NCBI GenBank assembly: GCA_963822445.1
Contig: CAWGHO010000003.1
Coordinates: 1,632,001 to 1,696,000 of the forward strand
Origin: an uncultured Acidobacteriota bacterium
Lineage (GTDB): Bacteria > Acidobacteriota > Thermoanaerobaculia > Gp7-AA8
DNA length: 64,000 bases
Reading direction: 5' to 3'
Shown here: piece by piece, positions 39,974-48,693 of the stretch
How positions within the stretch are numbered: position 1 is the stretch's first letter
Layout: every line of letters starts with the position of its first letter
Made by a program: the position numbers and the translations under genes
The notes under the pieces: model-generated
What the model was told of the DNA's origin: nothing
The model's input: only the letters and a program-made list of their open reading frames with translations
The model's database searches: none

Positions 39974-41264
39974 GACCTTCTACATCGAAACCTGGGGCTG
40001 CCAGATGAACGAGCTCGACACGCAGCGCCTGTCGGGCAATCTGAAGCTGCGCGGGTATCGGCGCGTGGAGAGCGACACCCAGGCGGATCTCGTCCTCCTG
40101 AACACCTGCTCGATCCGCGACAAGTCCGAGCAGAAGGTCTACTCCCACCTCGGCCGCCTGCGCGAGCTCAAGAAAGTACGCGACATCAAGATCGGCGTGT
40201 GCGGTTGCGTCGCGCAGCAGGAAGGGCAGCAGATTCTCGACCGCGCGCCGTGGGTCGACTTCGTTATGGGTCCGGGCAACGTCGGCCATCTCGATGACGT
40301 CCTCGAGAACGGCAAACGCCTCGCGCTCGAGTTCCATGAAGACCGCAACTACGACTACGTCAACATCGATCGCACGTCCGCGACGAAGGCCTGGATCACG
40401 ATCATCGAGGGCTGCAACAAGAACTGCACCTTCTGCATCGTGCCGACCACGCGCGGCCGCGAGGTTTCCCGGCCGTTCGACGACGTCGTCGCGGAGGCTC
40501 GCGCGGCCGTGGCGAGCGGTCGCGTGGAGATCGAGCTCCTCGGACAAACGGTGAACGCGTATCTCTGTCCTGTCACCGGTAAGGACTTCGGCGCGTTGCT
40601 GCGCGCGATCGCGGAGATCGAAAGCGTCGTTCGTTTGCGGTTCATGACTTCGCATCCGGCCGAAGTCAGCGATTCGATGATCGAGGCCATGCGCGACCAC
40701 GCGAACATCTCGCGCTTCCTCCACCTGCCGGTGCAGTCGGGCTCCTCGCGAATCCTGAGGCGCATGAAGCGGCTGTACACGCGCGAGAAGTACATCGAGA
40801 CCATCGCCCGCATCCGCGCGGCCGTTCCGGACATCCACTTCTCGACCGACATCATCGTCGGCTTCCCGGGGGAGACCGAGGAGGACTTTCGGGAGACGCT
40901 GAGCCTGATTGAGGAAGTGCGGTACGGATCGCTGTTCGCCTTCAAGTACTCGCCGCGACCGGGGACGCCGGCGCTGAAGATCGGCGAAGCAGTCGATGAT
41001 GCCGTCGCGTCGGAGCGTCTGCAGCGCCTGTTCGACCTCCACGAGCGCCACAAACGCGAGCGGCTGGAGTCCTATCGCGGCAGGGTCATGTCGATTCTCG
41101 TGGAAGGGCCGAGCAAGCACGATCCGGTGATGCTGGCCGGCCGGACGGACGATTACTGGGTCGTGAATTTCACCGGCGATCCGGCGACGCCCGTCGGGAG
41201 TATTCTTGACGTCCGCATCGAGTCGGCAGGGCACCACACGCTCCGCGGGGAGGCCGTCGCATGA
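39966..41264 (+). CDS. miaB: tRNA-2-methylthio-N6-dimethylallyladenosine synthase
   Basis: ETWGCQMN, NTCSIR.KSEQK, CNKNCTFC (radical SAM), RGREVSR, TRAM C-terminus. Confidence 0.95.
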   Translation: MSKTFYIETWGCQMNELDTQRLSGNLKLRGYRRVESDTQADLVLLNTCSIRDKSEQKVYSHLGRLRELKKVRDIKIGVCGCVAQQEGQQILDRAPWVDFVMGPGNVGHLDDVLENGKRLALEFHEDRNYDYVNIDRTSATKAWITIIEGCNKNCTFCIVPTTRGREVSRPFDDVVAEARAAVASGRVEIELLGQTVNAYLCPVTGKDFGALLRAIAEIESVVRLRFMTSHPAEVSDSMIEAMRDHANISRFLHLPVQSGSSRILRRMKRLYTREKYIETIARIRAAVPDIHFSTDIIVGFPGETEEDFRETLSLIEEVRYGSLFAFKYSPRPGTPALKIGEAVDDAVASERLQRLFDLHERHKRERLESYRGRVMSILVEGPSKHDPVMLAGRTDDYWVVNFTGDPATPVGSILDVRIESAGHHTLRGEAVA

Positions 41265-41758
41265 GCAGCTTGTCACCACTGGTTCCGATGTCCATCAAGG
41301 GTCTGATGCTCGACCCGGTCTCGAATTCTCCGATCGTGGTGCTCAAGGACGACGACGAGAAGTTCTTCCTGCCGATCTGGGTCGGCATCTTCGAAGCCAA
41401 CGCCATCGCCTTGCAGCTCGAGAACGTCACTACGCCGCGGCCGATGACCCACGACCTCCTGCGCAACATGATCTCCGAGCTCGACGGGCACGTGACCCGC
41501 GTGGTGATCAACGACCTCCGCGACTCCACCTTCTTCGCCCAGATCCGGCTGAATGTCGGCGCGAAGACCCTCGAAGTCGACGCCCGCCCCAGCGACGCCA
41601 TCGCCCTCGCCCTTCGCACCGAAGCGCCGATTTACGTGGCGCAGTCCGTCCTCGATCAGGCCCAGACCATCACTCCCGAAGGCGAGGACCAGGACGAGAA
41701 GATGAAGAAGTGGTTCGAGAACCTCGGACCCGACGATCTGGGCAAGTACAAGATGTGA
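41261..41758 (+). CDS. Bifunctional nuclease family protein (DUF151)
   Basis: LPIWVGIFEANAI, PRPMTHDLL, DARPSDAIALA. Confidence 0.93.
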   Translation: MSSLSPLVPMSIKGLMLDPVSNSPIVVLKDDDEKFFLPIWVGIFEANAIALQLENVTTPRPMTHDLLRNMISELDGHVTRVVINDLRDSTFFAQIRLNVGAKTLEVDARPSDAIALALRTEAPIYVAQSVLDQAQTITPEGEDQDEKMKKWFENLGPDDLGKYKM

Positions 41759-41845
41759 GTCTCAGAGTCGCAGAGTCGCAGAGTCGCAAAGTTGGAGCGA
41801 AGCACTTTGAGACTCTGCGACTTTGAGACTCTGAGACTTCCCGAC
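41759..41845. repeat. Period-8 inverted tandem array D (GTCKCARA x4 / ACTYTGMG x4)
   Basis: Left: GTCTCAGA GTCGCAGA GTCGCAGA GTCGCAAA GT; right: ACTTTGAG ACTCTGCG ACTTTGAG ACTCTGAG AC. Confidence 0.9.
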
Positions 41846-41864
41846 TAGAATCCGCTCCGGCCCA

Positions 41865-42620
41865 ATGATCATCACTGTCGCGAACCAAAAAGGCGGCGTT
41901 GGCAAGACAACGACGGCGATCAACCTCTCTGCCGCGGTCGCCAACAAAGGCTTCAAGACCCTCCTGATCGACCTCGATCCGCAGGCCAACTCGACGATGA
42001 GTTACGTCGACGCGCGCGCGGTCACGAAGTCGATGTACGACGTTCTGGTCAGCGAGGAGCTCGAGTTTCCGGAGGTCATCGTCCAGACGCCGCTGCCGAA
42101 TCTCTGGCTGGCACCGTCGCGGATCGCGCTGGCCAAGCTCGAATCGAAGCTGATCGGCGATCTCGACGGCCCCTTCCGGTTGAAAGACCGGATGAAGGAA
42201 ACGGCCAGCGAGTACGACTACATCTTCATCGACACGCCGCCGACGTTGGGCATGATCACCGTCAACGCGCTGGTCGCCTCGACGCACGTGCTCGTGCCGA
42301 TCCAGTCCTCGTACTTCGCGCTGGAAGGCACCGACGACCTGCTGGAGACGATCGAGAAGATCAAGGCCCGCCCCAATCCCAACCTGCAGCTGCTGGGTGT
42401 GGTCATCACCATGCACGACAAGCGCACGACCCTTTCGAAAGACATTCACGAAGCCATCGGCAACGTCTTCGGCGATCGCGTTTTCAACACCGTGATCACC
42501 AAATCGATCCGGCTCGAGGAGAGCCCGGCGTACAAGGAATCGATCTTTACCTTCGCCCCGCGATCGAGCGGGGCCATGGAGTACTACTCGCTGTCCGAAG
42601 AGCTGCTGGCCCGGGTGTGA
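41865..42620 (+). CDS. parA: ParA/Soj-family ATPase
   Basis: NQKGGVGKTTT, IDLDPQAN, IDTPP, RLEESP. Confidence 0.9.
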   Translation: MIITVANQKGGVGKTTTAINLSAAVANKGFKTLLIDLDPQANSTMSYVDARAVTKSMYDVLVSEELEFPEVIVQTPLPNLWLAPSRIALAKLESKLIGDLDGPFRLKDRMKETASEYDYIFIDTPPTLGMITVNALVASTHVLVPIQSSYFALEGTDDLLETIEKIKARPNPNLQLLGVVITMHDKRTTLSKDIHEAIGNVFGDRVFNTVITKSIRLEESPAYKESIFTFAPRSSGAMEYYSLSEELLARV

Positions 42621-42631
42621 GGAACGAATCG

Positions 42632-43465
42632 ATGGCAAAACGCGGACTCCCCGAACGCTCCGTCATGCGACACGACTCGCATTACGTCGAGGAGTTGACC
42701 AAGCGCTCCGGCCGGCACATCGGCTCGATGTTGCCGCTCGCGTTCGTGGAACCGAACTCCGAGCAGCCCCGCACGCAGCTCGGCAACATCGAAGAGCTTG
42801 CGGCCAGCGTTCGCGAAAAAGGCGTGCTCGAGCCGATTCTGGTCCGGCTCATCGGACCGAATCGCTACCAGATCATCGCCGGCGAGCGCCGGTTCCGCGC
42901 CGCGACGATGGCCGGACTCGATGAGATTCCCGCGATCGAGCTCGACGTGGACGAGCGCGAGCAGCTCGAGATCGCCCTCATCGAGAACATCCAGCGCAAG
43001 GATCTGACGCCGTTCGAAGAAGCGGAAGGGCTGGCCGTGCTGCAGGAGAAGTTCGACTACACGCACGAGAAGATCTCCCAGGTCATCGGGAAATCGCGCT
43101 CGACCGTCACCGAAACCCTGCTCATCAACGAGATCCCCGACCGGATTCGGGTGATGTGCCGCGAGGCCGGAATCTCGAACAAGAGCGTGCTCGTGCAGGT
43201 CGCGCGCGCGGGCTCGGAAGAGGCGATGGAGCAGGTGGTGCGCGCGTTCGCGGCAGGGGAGTTGTCCCGCGACGATCTCCGCCGGCAGACCGCGTCGAAG
43301 CCCGAGCCGAAGAAGGCCGGCCGGCCGAAGAACTACGTGTTCCAGGTCAAGGACAAGTCCCTGCCGTTCTCGTTGAATCTCTCGTTCAAGAAGCCGAACG
43401 TGGAGAAGAGCGAGGTCATCGACGCCGTGCGCGAGCTCCTTCGCCGGCTCGAAGACGAGCCGTGA
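42632..43465 (+). CDS. parB: ParB/Spo0J-family partition protein
   Basis: PN.EQPR, GVLEPILVR, IAGERRFRA, ALIENIQRKDL, HTH GKSRSTV. Confidence 0.88.
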   Translation: MAKRGLPERSVMRHDSHYVEELTKRSGRHIGSMLPLAFVEPNSEQPRTQLGNIEELAASVREKGVLEPILVRLIGPNRYQIIAGERRFRAATMAGLDEIPAIELDVDEREQLEIALIENIQRKDLTPFEEAEGLAVLQEKFDYTHEKISQVIGKSRSTVTETLLINEIPDRIRVMCREAGISNKSVLVQVARAGSEEAMEQVVRAFAAGELSRDDLRRQTASKPEPKKAGRPKNYVFQVKDKSLPFSLNLSFKKPNVEKSEVIDAVRELLRRLEDEP

Positions 43466-44406
43466 CGCCCGACGTCAGCATCATCGTTCCGGTCTACAAC
43501 CGGGTCTCGCTGATCGGCGAGGCGCTGGCCTCCGCGCTCGCTGAAGATTCCGTCGAAGTGATCGTGGTCGATGACGCTTCGACGGATGGAACGTGGGAAG
43601 TCATCTCGCGTCTCGCCGATCCGCGCGTTCGCGCGATCCGGATGGAGCAGAACAGCGGCCAGTCTGTGGCGCGCAATCGCGGTCTGGATGCCGCCCGCGG
43701 CAAGTACATCAAGTTTCTCGATTCCGACGATCTACTCGTGCCCGGTCATCTCGGCCGTGAAGTTCAGGCGATCGGCGATGCGGACATCGCGGTCTCAGGC
43801 TGGATCAATGTCGATGAGGCCGGGAACGAGCGCGAATGGCCTGCGCCGCACTTCGACTCGATCGTCGACGATGTGCTGGCAGGGCAGGGCGTTCCCACCT
43901 CGGCCGCGCTGTACCGCCGGCGTGAGGACTGGCGCTGGGATCCCACGCTCCGCAAGCTCGATGACTGGGACTACTTCGCCCAGGCCGCGCTGAGCGCGAA
44001 GAGAATCGTCACAGTCGAAGGTTCCGCGTACCGCTGGCGCGATCACAGCGGCCCGCGAGAGACGAACGTGACCATGGTCGTGAACGCGCGCGCATTCGTT
44101 CGGATCCTCGGAAAAATCGAGGCGCGCATTTCCGCAAACGGCGATCTCACCGAACCGCGCCGGAGACGCCTCGCGCAGTATTTCTACAAAGAGCTGCGCG
44201 TGCTCAGCCTGCACGACCGCGCCGAGTTCGAGCGGGTCCTCGCGCACATCCACGAGCTCGACCCGAAGTTCGCGCCGCGCGACGAAGAGAGCCAGTGGTG
44301 GATGCGCGCGGCGGCGCGCGTCCTCGGTACGCGCCGCGCGGTGCTCGCGCACACGGCGATCAAGCGCCTGGTGATGCGTCAGGGCTTCCAGTCGAAAACG
44401 CCGTAG
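43462..44406 (+). CDS. Glycosyltransferase family 2
   Basis: VSIIVPVYNR, VVDDASTDGT, ARNRGL..ARG.YI.FLDSDD; GTG overlaps the parB stop. Confidence 0.9.
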   Translation: MTPDVSIIVPVYNRVSLIGEALASALAEDSVEVIVVDDASTDGTWEVISRLADPRVRAIRMEQNSGQSVARNRGLDAARGKYIKFLDSDDLLVPGHLGREVQAIGDADIAVSGWINVDEAGNEREWPAPHFDSIVDDVLAGQGVPTSAALYRRREDWRWDPTLRKLDDWDYFAQAALSAKRIVTVEGSAYRWRDHSGPRETNVTMVVNARAFVRILGKIEARISANGDLTEPRRRRLAQYFYKELRVLSLHDRAEFERVLAHIHELDPKFAPRDEESQWWMRAAARVLGTRRAVLAHTAIKRLVMRQGFQSKTP

Positions 44407-44987
44407 AAGTGATCGACGAACGACTGCTTTTCCGACGCGACCAGCGGCTTGCCGGGCGTGCGCCACAACACCGGACGCATGTAGGTCGTCATCTGCAGCG
44501 ACACGAAGAAAAACAACACCAGCCATAGTCCGACGGCGCCGCGAGCGGCCTTCGTGCTGAGCACGAGGAACCGGCGCCCGAAGGCGAGGGCCGTGACCCA
44601 GACGAAGGCGTGCAGCCAGACCAGAAACCCCAGCGAGATCGTGCTGACAGAGAACAGCCAGATCACCGGCACGAGCGCGAGCAGGATCAGGCCGGTGATC
44701 CCGGCGAATCCCGCGACGGCCGACGAGAACGTCCGCGCCGAAAAATCGACGCCGCTAAGGCCCATGAACACGTACAGGCTCGGCAGACAGAGCACCGTCG
44801 ACGCGAGGATGATCAGCGGCACCTTCGTCGCCGCCAGAGCCACCGACCAGCCGCCCTGGAAAAAGCCGGTGCCCAGCCCGTAGAGCACGTAGCAGCAGAA
44901 CGCGCCGGTGAGCAGAGCGAATGGATGCGCGGTCAGCGCGGACTCAGGCTTCTTGAGCAGGTCGTCCATCGATCGAAGAACGTTCAT
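44379..44987 (-). CDS. Multi-pass membrane protein, paralog B (possibly Yip1-like)
   Basis: About five hydrophobic segments; KVPL...LCLPSLY and QMTTYMRPVL motifs. Confidence 0.75.
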   Translation of the reverse strand: MNVLRSMDDLLKKPESALTAHPFALLTGAFCCYVLYGLGTGFFQGGWSVALAATKVPLIILASTVLCLPSLYVFMGLSGVDFSARTFSSAVAGFAGITGLILLALVPVIWLFSVSTISLGFLVWLHAFVWVTALAFGRRFLVLSTKAARGAVGLWLVLFFFVSLQMTTYMRPVLWRTPGKPLVASEKQSFVDHFYGVFDWKP

Positions 44988-45676
44988 AACTGTCTCCAGA
45001 GGTGAGGAAGGATCTCGGTGAGGATGAATTCGTACACATTGCCGCGCAGGGCGTCATCGCGCAGGAAAACGACGGGGAGATAGACGCTGCCGACGAAGGG
45101 CCTGAGCGCCCAGGCCAGTTCGCCGCCGACGAACGCGTACGCGGCGAGCCAGCCGATCCGGATGCGATGCGCGCGTTGCGTGTCGCCATTGCAGATGGCC
45201 AGCAATGCGCGATGCAGCGTGACCGTGCCGGCAACACCGGCCGACGCGATCAGCGAGAGGTGGGTGAGATAGAGCATGTTGTGCAGCGTGCGCTGTGAAG
45301 GCGACGGCGGCGGCAGCGAGGTCGTGAACAGCCACGCCACCGGCGCGAGCGAGGCGGCGACGATTGCGACGATGGCCAGAGGCAGCAGGGTCAGCGCGAA
45401 AATCTGCCGGAAGCGAAGGGGCAGACCGAGAAGCGCGGCCACGACCCAGTTGAACAGGCCCGTGAGCGCGGCCGTGGACAGGAGCAACAGCGGCACTTTG
45501 ATCGCGACGTACGCCGCGAGCCGCGGCCCGTGCCATGCCCCGAGAACGGCGCCGTAGGTTGCGCCAAAGAGCGTGATCGTCGCGAGCAGCGTTCCCAGAT
45601 GATGGGGAACATCGCGATCGAGTTGCAGCTCATCGAGCAGAAGCCGGCGTCCGCGCGGAAGCACGATGGACCGCAT
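44984..45676 (-). CDS. Multi-pass membrane protein, paralog A (possibly Yip1-like)
   Basis: AIKVPLLL, LAPVAWLF, GELAWALRPFVG; homologous to the downstream gene; ATGA coupling. Confidence 0.75.
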   Translation of the reverse strand: MRSIVLPRGRRLLLDELQLDRDVPHHLGTLLATITLFGATYGAVLGAWHGPRLAAYVAIKVPLLLLSTAALTGLFNWVVAALLGLPLRFRQIFALTLLPLAIVAIVAASLAPVAWLFTTSLPPPSPSQRTLHNMLYLTHLSLIASAGVAGTVTLHRALLAICNGDTQRAHRIRIGWLAAYAFVGGELAWALRPFVGSVYLPVVFLRDDALRGNVYEFILTEILPHLWRQL

Positions 45677-45703
45677 GAATGCCAGTGATACGGAGTCGCC
45701 GCG

Positions 45704-47296
45704 CTAAGCGTCCTGCAATGGCTCCGCGGTCGCCCGCAACGCCTTCTTGTCGAATTTCCCCACCGACGTTTTCGGCACGGCCTCGATGAAGCGGATCTCG
45801 TCCGGAAGCCACCACTTCACGAACTTCTGCGAAAGGTGCTCGAGGATCTCCTCGGAGGAAACCGATTCGCCGGCGCGAGGGACGACGTAGCCCACCGGCC
45901 GCTCCTGCCATTTCGGATGGGGGACGCCGATCACGGCGGCTTCGAGCACTTTCGGGTGGGCCATGATCGCGTTCTCGAGCTCGACCGACGACACCCATTC
46001 GCCGCCCGACTTGATCACGTCCTTGGCCCGGTCGACGATGGTGATGTAGCCGTCGGGCGTGATCGCCGCGACGTCACCGGTCCGGAACCAGCCATCGGCG
46101 GTCATGCGATCCGTGGCCGTGTCGTTGTGATAGCCGTTCGTCACCCAGGGGCCGCGCACCTCCAACTCGCCGAACGCCTCGCCATCCCACGGCAGCTCGC
46201 TGTTCGTCGCGAGATCGGTGATGCGGATCTCCAGGCAGGGGACGGGCGGACCGGCCGTCGCGCGTGCATCCATCGCGTCGCCTTCATGCCAGCTGCGCGG
46301 GCGGGCGATCGAGCCCATCGGCGACGTCTCGGTCATGCCCCAGGCCTGAATGAGATTCAGCCCGCGCGCTTCGTAGGCGGCGATCAGCGAGCGCGGAACC
46401 GCGGAGCCGCCGCAGATGATCTGCCGGATGTTGCCGAGCTTCCGATCGCCCATCTTCGCCAATGCGCCGACCCAGATCGTCGGCACGCCGCTCAGACAGG
46501 TGACCTTCTCCGATTCCGCCAGCGCCAGCACCGCTTCCGGATCACCCATCCAGCGGTCGGGAAAAACGAACGTCGCGCCGGCCATCCCGGCGGCGTACGG
46601 CTGGCCCCAGGCATTCGCGTGAAACATCGGCACGAGCGGCAGGATCACGTCGCTCTCGACCATGCCGATGGTGTCGGTCTGGAGAACGGTCAGCGTGTGC
46701 AGAAAGTTGGAGCGGTGGGTGTAGACCACGCCTTTGGGATGGCCGGTCGTGCCCGACGTGTAGCACATGGCCGCGGGCGCACGCTCATCGAGCTCCGGCC
46801 ACTGATACTGATCGGATTCGTTCGCGATCAGAGTCTCGTAATCGAGATACTTCCCGGCGACGGAAGGATCGTCGCTCATGACGATCACGTGCTTCACGGT
46901 TTCGCAACGGTGGATGAACTTCACCAGCAGCGGCAGCAGAGTGTCGTCCACGATGATCACGGAGTCCGCGGCATCGTTGGCGATGAACGCGAGCTGGTCC
47001 GGCGAGAGCCGCAGATTCAACGTGTGCAGCACGGCGCCCATCAAGGGCACGGAGTAATACAGCTCGAGGTGGCGGTAGTTGTTCCAGGCCAGTGTGGCCA
47101 CGCGATCGCCCTCGCGCACGCCGAGCTTCGCCAGCGCGTTGGCGACTTTCCGCACGCGCCTGGCCATGTCGGCGTAGGTGTAGCGATGAACGCCGCTGGC
47201 CCGCTTGGTGATGACTTCCTTCCGCGAGAACAGCTTCTCCATGCGCCAGAGCACGTGATGAAGCGTGAGCGGGTAGTCCTGCATCGATCCCTGCAT
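45704..47296 (-). CDS. Fatty-acid--CoA ligase (AlkK/ttLC-FACS-like adenylate-forming enzyme)
   Basis: MCYTSGTTGHPKGV, PMFHANAWG, AWGMTE, GWFRTGD, DRAKDVIKSGGEW, KTSVGKFDK; ATG 47296 after GGAGG. Confidence 0.92.
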   Translation of the reverse strand: MQGSMQDYPLTLHHVLWRMEKLFSRKEVITKRASGVHRYTYADMARRVRKVANALAKLGVREGDRVATLAWNNYRHLELYYSVPLMGAVLHTLNLRLSPDQLAFIANDAADSVIIVDDTLLPLLVKFIHRCETVKHVIVMSDDPSVAGKYLDYETLIANESDQYQWPELDERAPAAMCYTSGTTGHPKGVVYTHRSNFLHTLTVLQTDTIGMVESDVILPLVPMFHANAWGQPYAAGMAGATFVFPDRWMGDPEAVLALAESEKVTCLSGVPTIWVGALAKMGDRKLGNIRQIICGGSAVPRSLIAAYEARGLNLIQAWGMTETSPMGSIARPRSWHEGDAMDARATAGPPVPCLEIRITDLATNSELPWDGEAFGELEVRGPWVTNGYHNDTATDRMTADGWFRTGDVAAITPDGYITIVDRAKDVIKSGGEWVSSVELENAIMAHPKVLEAAVIGVPHPKWQERPVGYVVPRAGESVSSEEILEHLSQKFVKWWLPDEIRFIEAVPKTSVGKFDKKALRATAEPLQDA

Positions 47297-47330
47297 GGCG
47301 AGCGACCTCCGGCTGAATTTTGCGAACGGG

Positions 47331-47359
47331 TTGACAGGATAACAAAGGGCGCGTATCGT
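47331..47359 (+). promoter_or_regulatory. Sigma70 promoter for the Met leader/operon
   Basis: TTGACA (47331-47336), 17-nt spacer, TATCGT (47354-47359). Confidence 0.7.
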
Positions 47360-47371
47360 CCGCGGCCAACC

Positions 47372-47434
47372 ATGAGTCATTCATCGCATGCCGCGGTTCG
47401 AATGATGATGCGTCGCCCGGACGCGATCGCGTAG
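47372..47434 (+). CDS. Putative Met-rich leader peptide (MSHSSHAAVRMMMRRPDAIA)
   Basis: ATG 12 nt after the -10 box; ATG ATG ATG at 47402-47410; TAG at 47432; 80 nt upstream of the Met-pathway gene. Confidence 0.7.
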   Translation: MSHSSHAAVRMMMRRPDAIA

Positions 47435-47512
47435 CTACGCGTTTGTAGATCCGGGTCCTCCGCGCTTTTCCCTCCACACAACCTGTAACGCATCGAACTT
47501 TCTGGAGGAAAG
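47396..47512 (+). promoter_or_regulatory. Putative attenuator RNA structure with anti-Shine-Dalgarno
   Basis: CTTTTCCCTCCA (47465-47476) complements SD TGGAGGAAAG (47503-47512); GTTC...GATGCGT over the Met codons complements ACGCATCGAAC (47488-47498); CCCGGA (47416-47421) complements TCCGGG (47450-47455). Confidence 0.55.
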
Positions 47513-47514
47513 TC

Positions 47515-48693
47515 ATGGCCTACCGTTTCGATACCCGTGCAATCCACGCCGGTCAGCACAACGACGTCGCCACCGGCTCCGTCACCACACCGATCCATCA
47601 GACCTCGACCTTCGGGCAGACCGAGCCCGGGCTGAACAAAGGCTTCTGCTACGCGCGCACCGGCAATCCCACGCGCACCGCCCTCGAAGAAAACCTGGCC
47701 GCGCTCGAGAACGCGCGGCACGGGCTCGCATTCGCCAGCGGCATGGCCGCCATTCAGGCGGTGCTGTCCACGCTGAGCAAAGGCGACCACGTCGTCTCGA
47801 CGCAGGACCTGTATGGCGGCGCGTGGCGCATCTTCACCAAAGTCTTCAGCCGCTTCGGCATCGACTTCACCTTCGTCGACACATCCAATCCCGCGGCCAT
47901 CGAAAACGCCATTCGGCCGGAGACGAAACTGCTCTGGCTGGAGACGCCATCCAATCCACTCCTGCGCATCACCGACATCGCCCGCTGCGCCGCGATCGCG
48001 CGCGGCAACGGCATCACCACCGTCGTCGACAACACCTTCGCCACACCTGTGTTGCAACAACCGCTGTCCCTCGGCGCCGACATCGTCGTGCACTCCACCA
48101 CGAAGTACATCAACGGCCATTCCGATGTGATCGGCGGGGGAGTGCTCACCAACGATGACGGCCTGTTCGAAGAGCTGAAGTTCCTGCAGAACGCGATCGG
48201 CGCCGTGCCCGCCCCGCAGGACTGTTTCCTCATCCTCCGCGGCATCAAGACCCTCGGCCTGCGCATGGAGCGGCATTGCTCCAGCGCCGAGCTCCTCACG
48301 CGCTGGCTGCTGGCGAACGATCGCGTGCGGCGCGTCTACTATCCCGGCCTCGTCGATCAACCCGATCACGCCGTGGCCCGCCGGCAGATGAACCGGTTCG
48401 GTGCGATCGTTTCCTTCGAGCTCGATGCCGGACTCGAGGAGACCAGGGCCTTCACGCGCCGTCTGCACCTCTGGACGCTCGCGGAAAGCCTGGGCGGCGT
48501 GAAGAGCCTTTTCTGTCATCCGGCGACGATGACTCACGCGTCGGTCGAGGCCGACGTTCGGCGGAGTGTGGGGATCGGGGACGGTCTGATCCGGCTGTCG
48601 GTGGGGCTCGAAGACGTTCGGGACCTCATCGACGATCTCGAACAGGCCTTTGCCAGGACGGCGCGGTCGAATGCCGAGGAGCGTGTCGCGTGA
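47515..48693 (+). CDS. Cys/Met metabolism PLP-dependent enzyme (cystathionine gamma-synthase/lyase, MetB/MetC-like)
   Basis: TRAIHAG, YARTGNPTR, FASGMAA, ETPSNP, VDNTFATP, HSTTKYINGHSD (PLP Lys), AESLGGV, RLSVGLED. Confidence 0.93.
   Translation: MAYRFDTRAIHAGQHNDVATGSVTTPIHQTSTFGQTEPGLNKGFCYARTGNPTRTALEENLAALENARHGLAFASGMAAIQAVLSTLSKGDHVVSTQDLYGGAWRIFTKVFSRFGIDFTFVDTSNPAAIENAIRPETKLLWLETPSNPLLRITDIARCAAIARGNGITTVVDNTFATPVLQQPLSLGADIVVHSTTKYINGHSDVIGGGVLTNDDGLFEELKFLQNAIGAVPAPQDCFLILRGIKTLGLRMERHCSSAELLTRWLLANDRVRRVYYPGLVDQPDHAVARRQMNRFGAIVSFELDAGLEETRAFTRRLHLWTLAESLGGVKSLFCHPATMTHASVEADVRRSVGIGDGLIRLSVGLEDVRDLIDDLEQAFARTARSNAEERVA

Noticed and set aside
17471-41845. Period-8 arrays as CRISPR repeats or integron attC sites
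   Set aside because: No unique spacers and no cas genes; attC runs RYYYAAC...GTTRRRY, whereas here the GTT units are 5' and the AAC units 3', and no integrase is present
47360-47514. SAM riboswitch or T-box upstream of the Met-pathway genes
   Set aside because: I could not find SAM-I, SAM-II or T-box consensus elements by eye; an Rfam scan is still needed to exclude them formally
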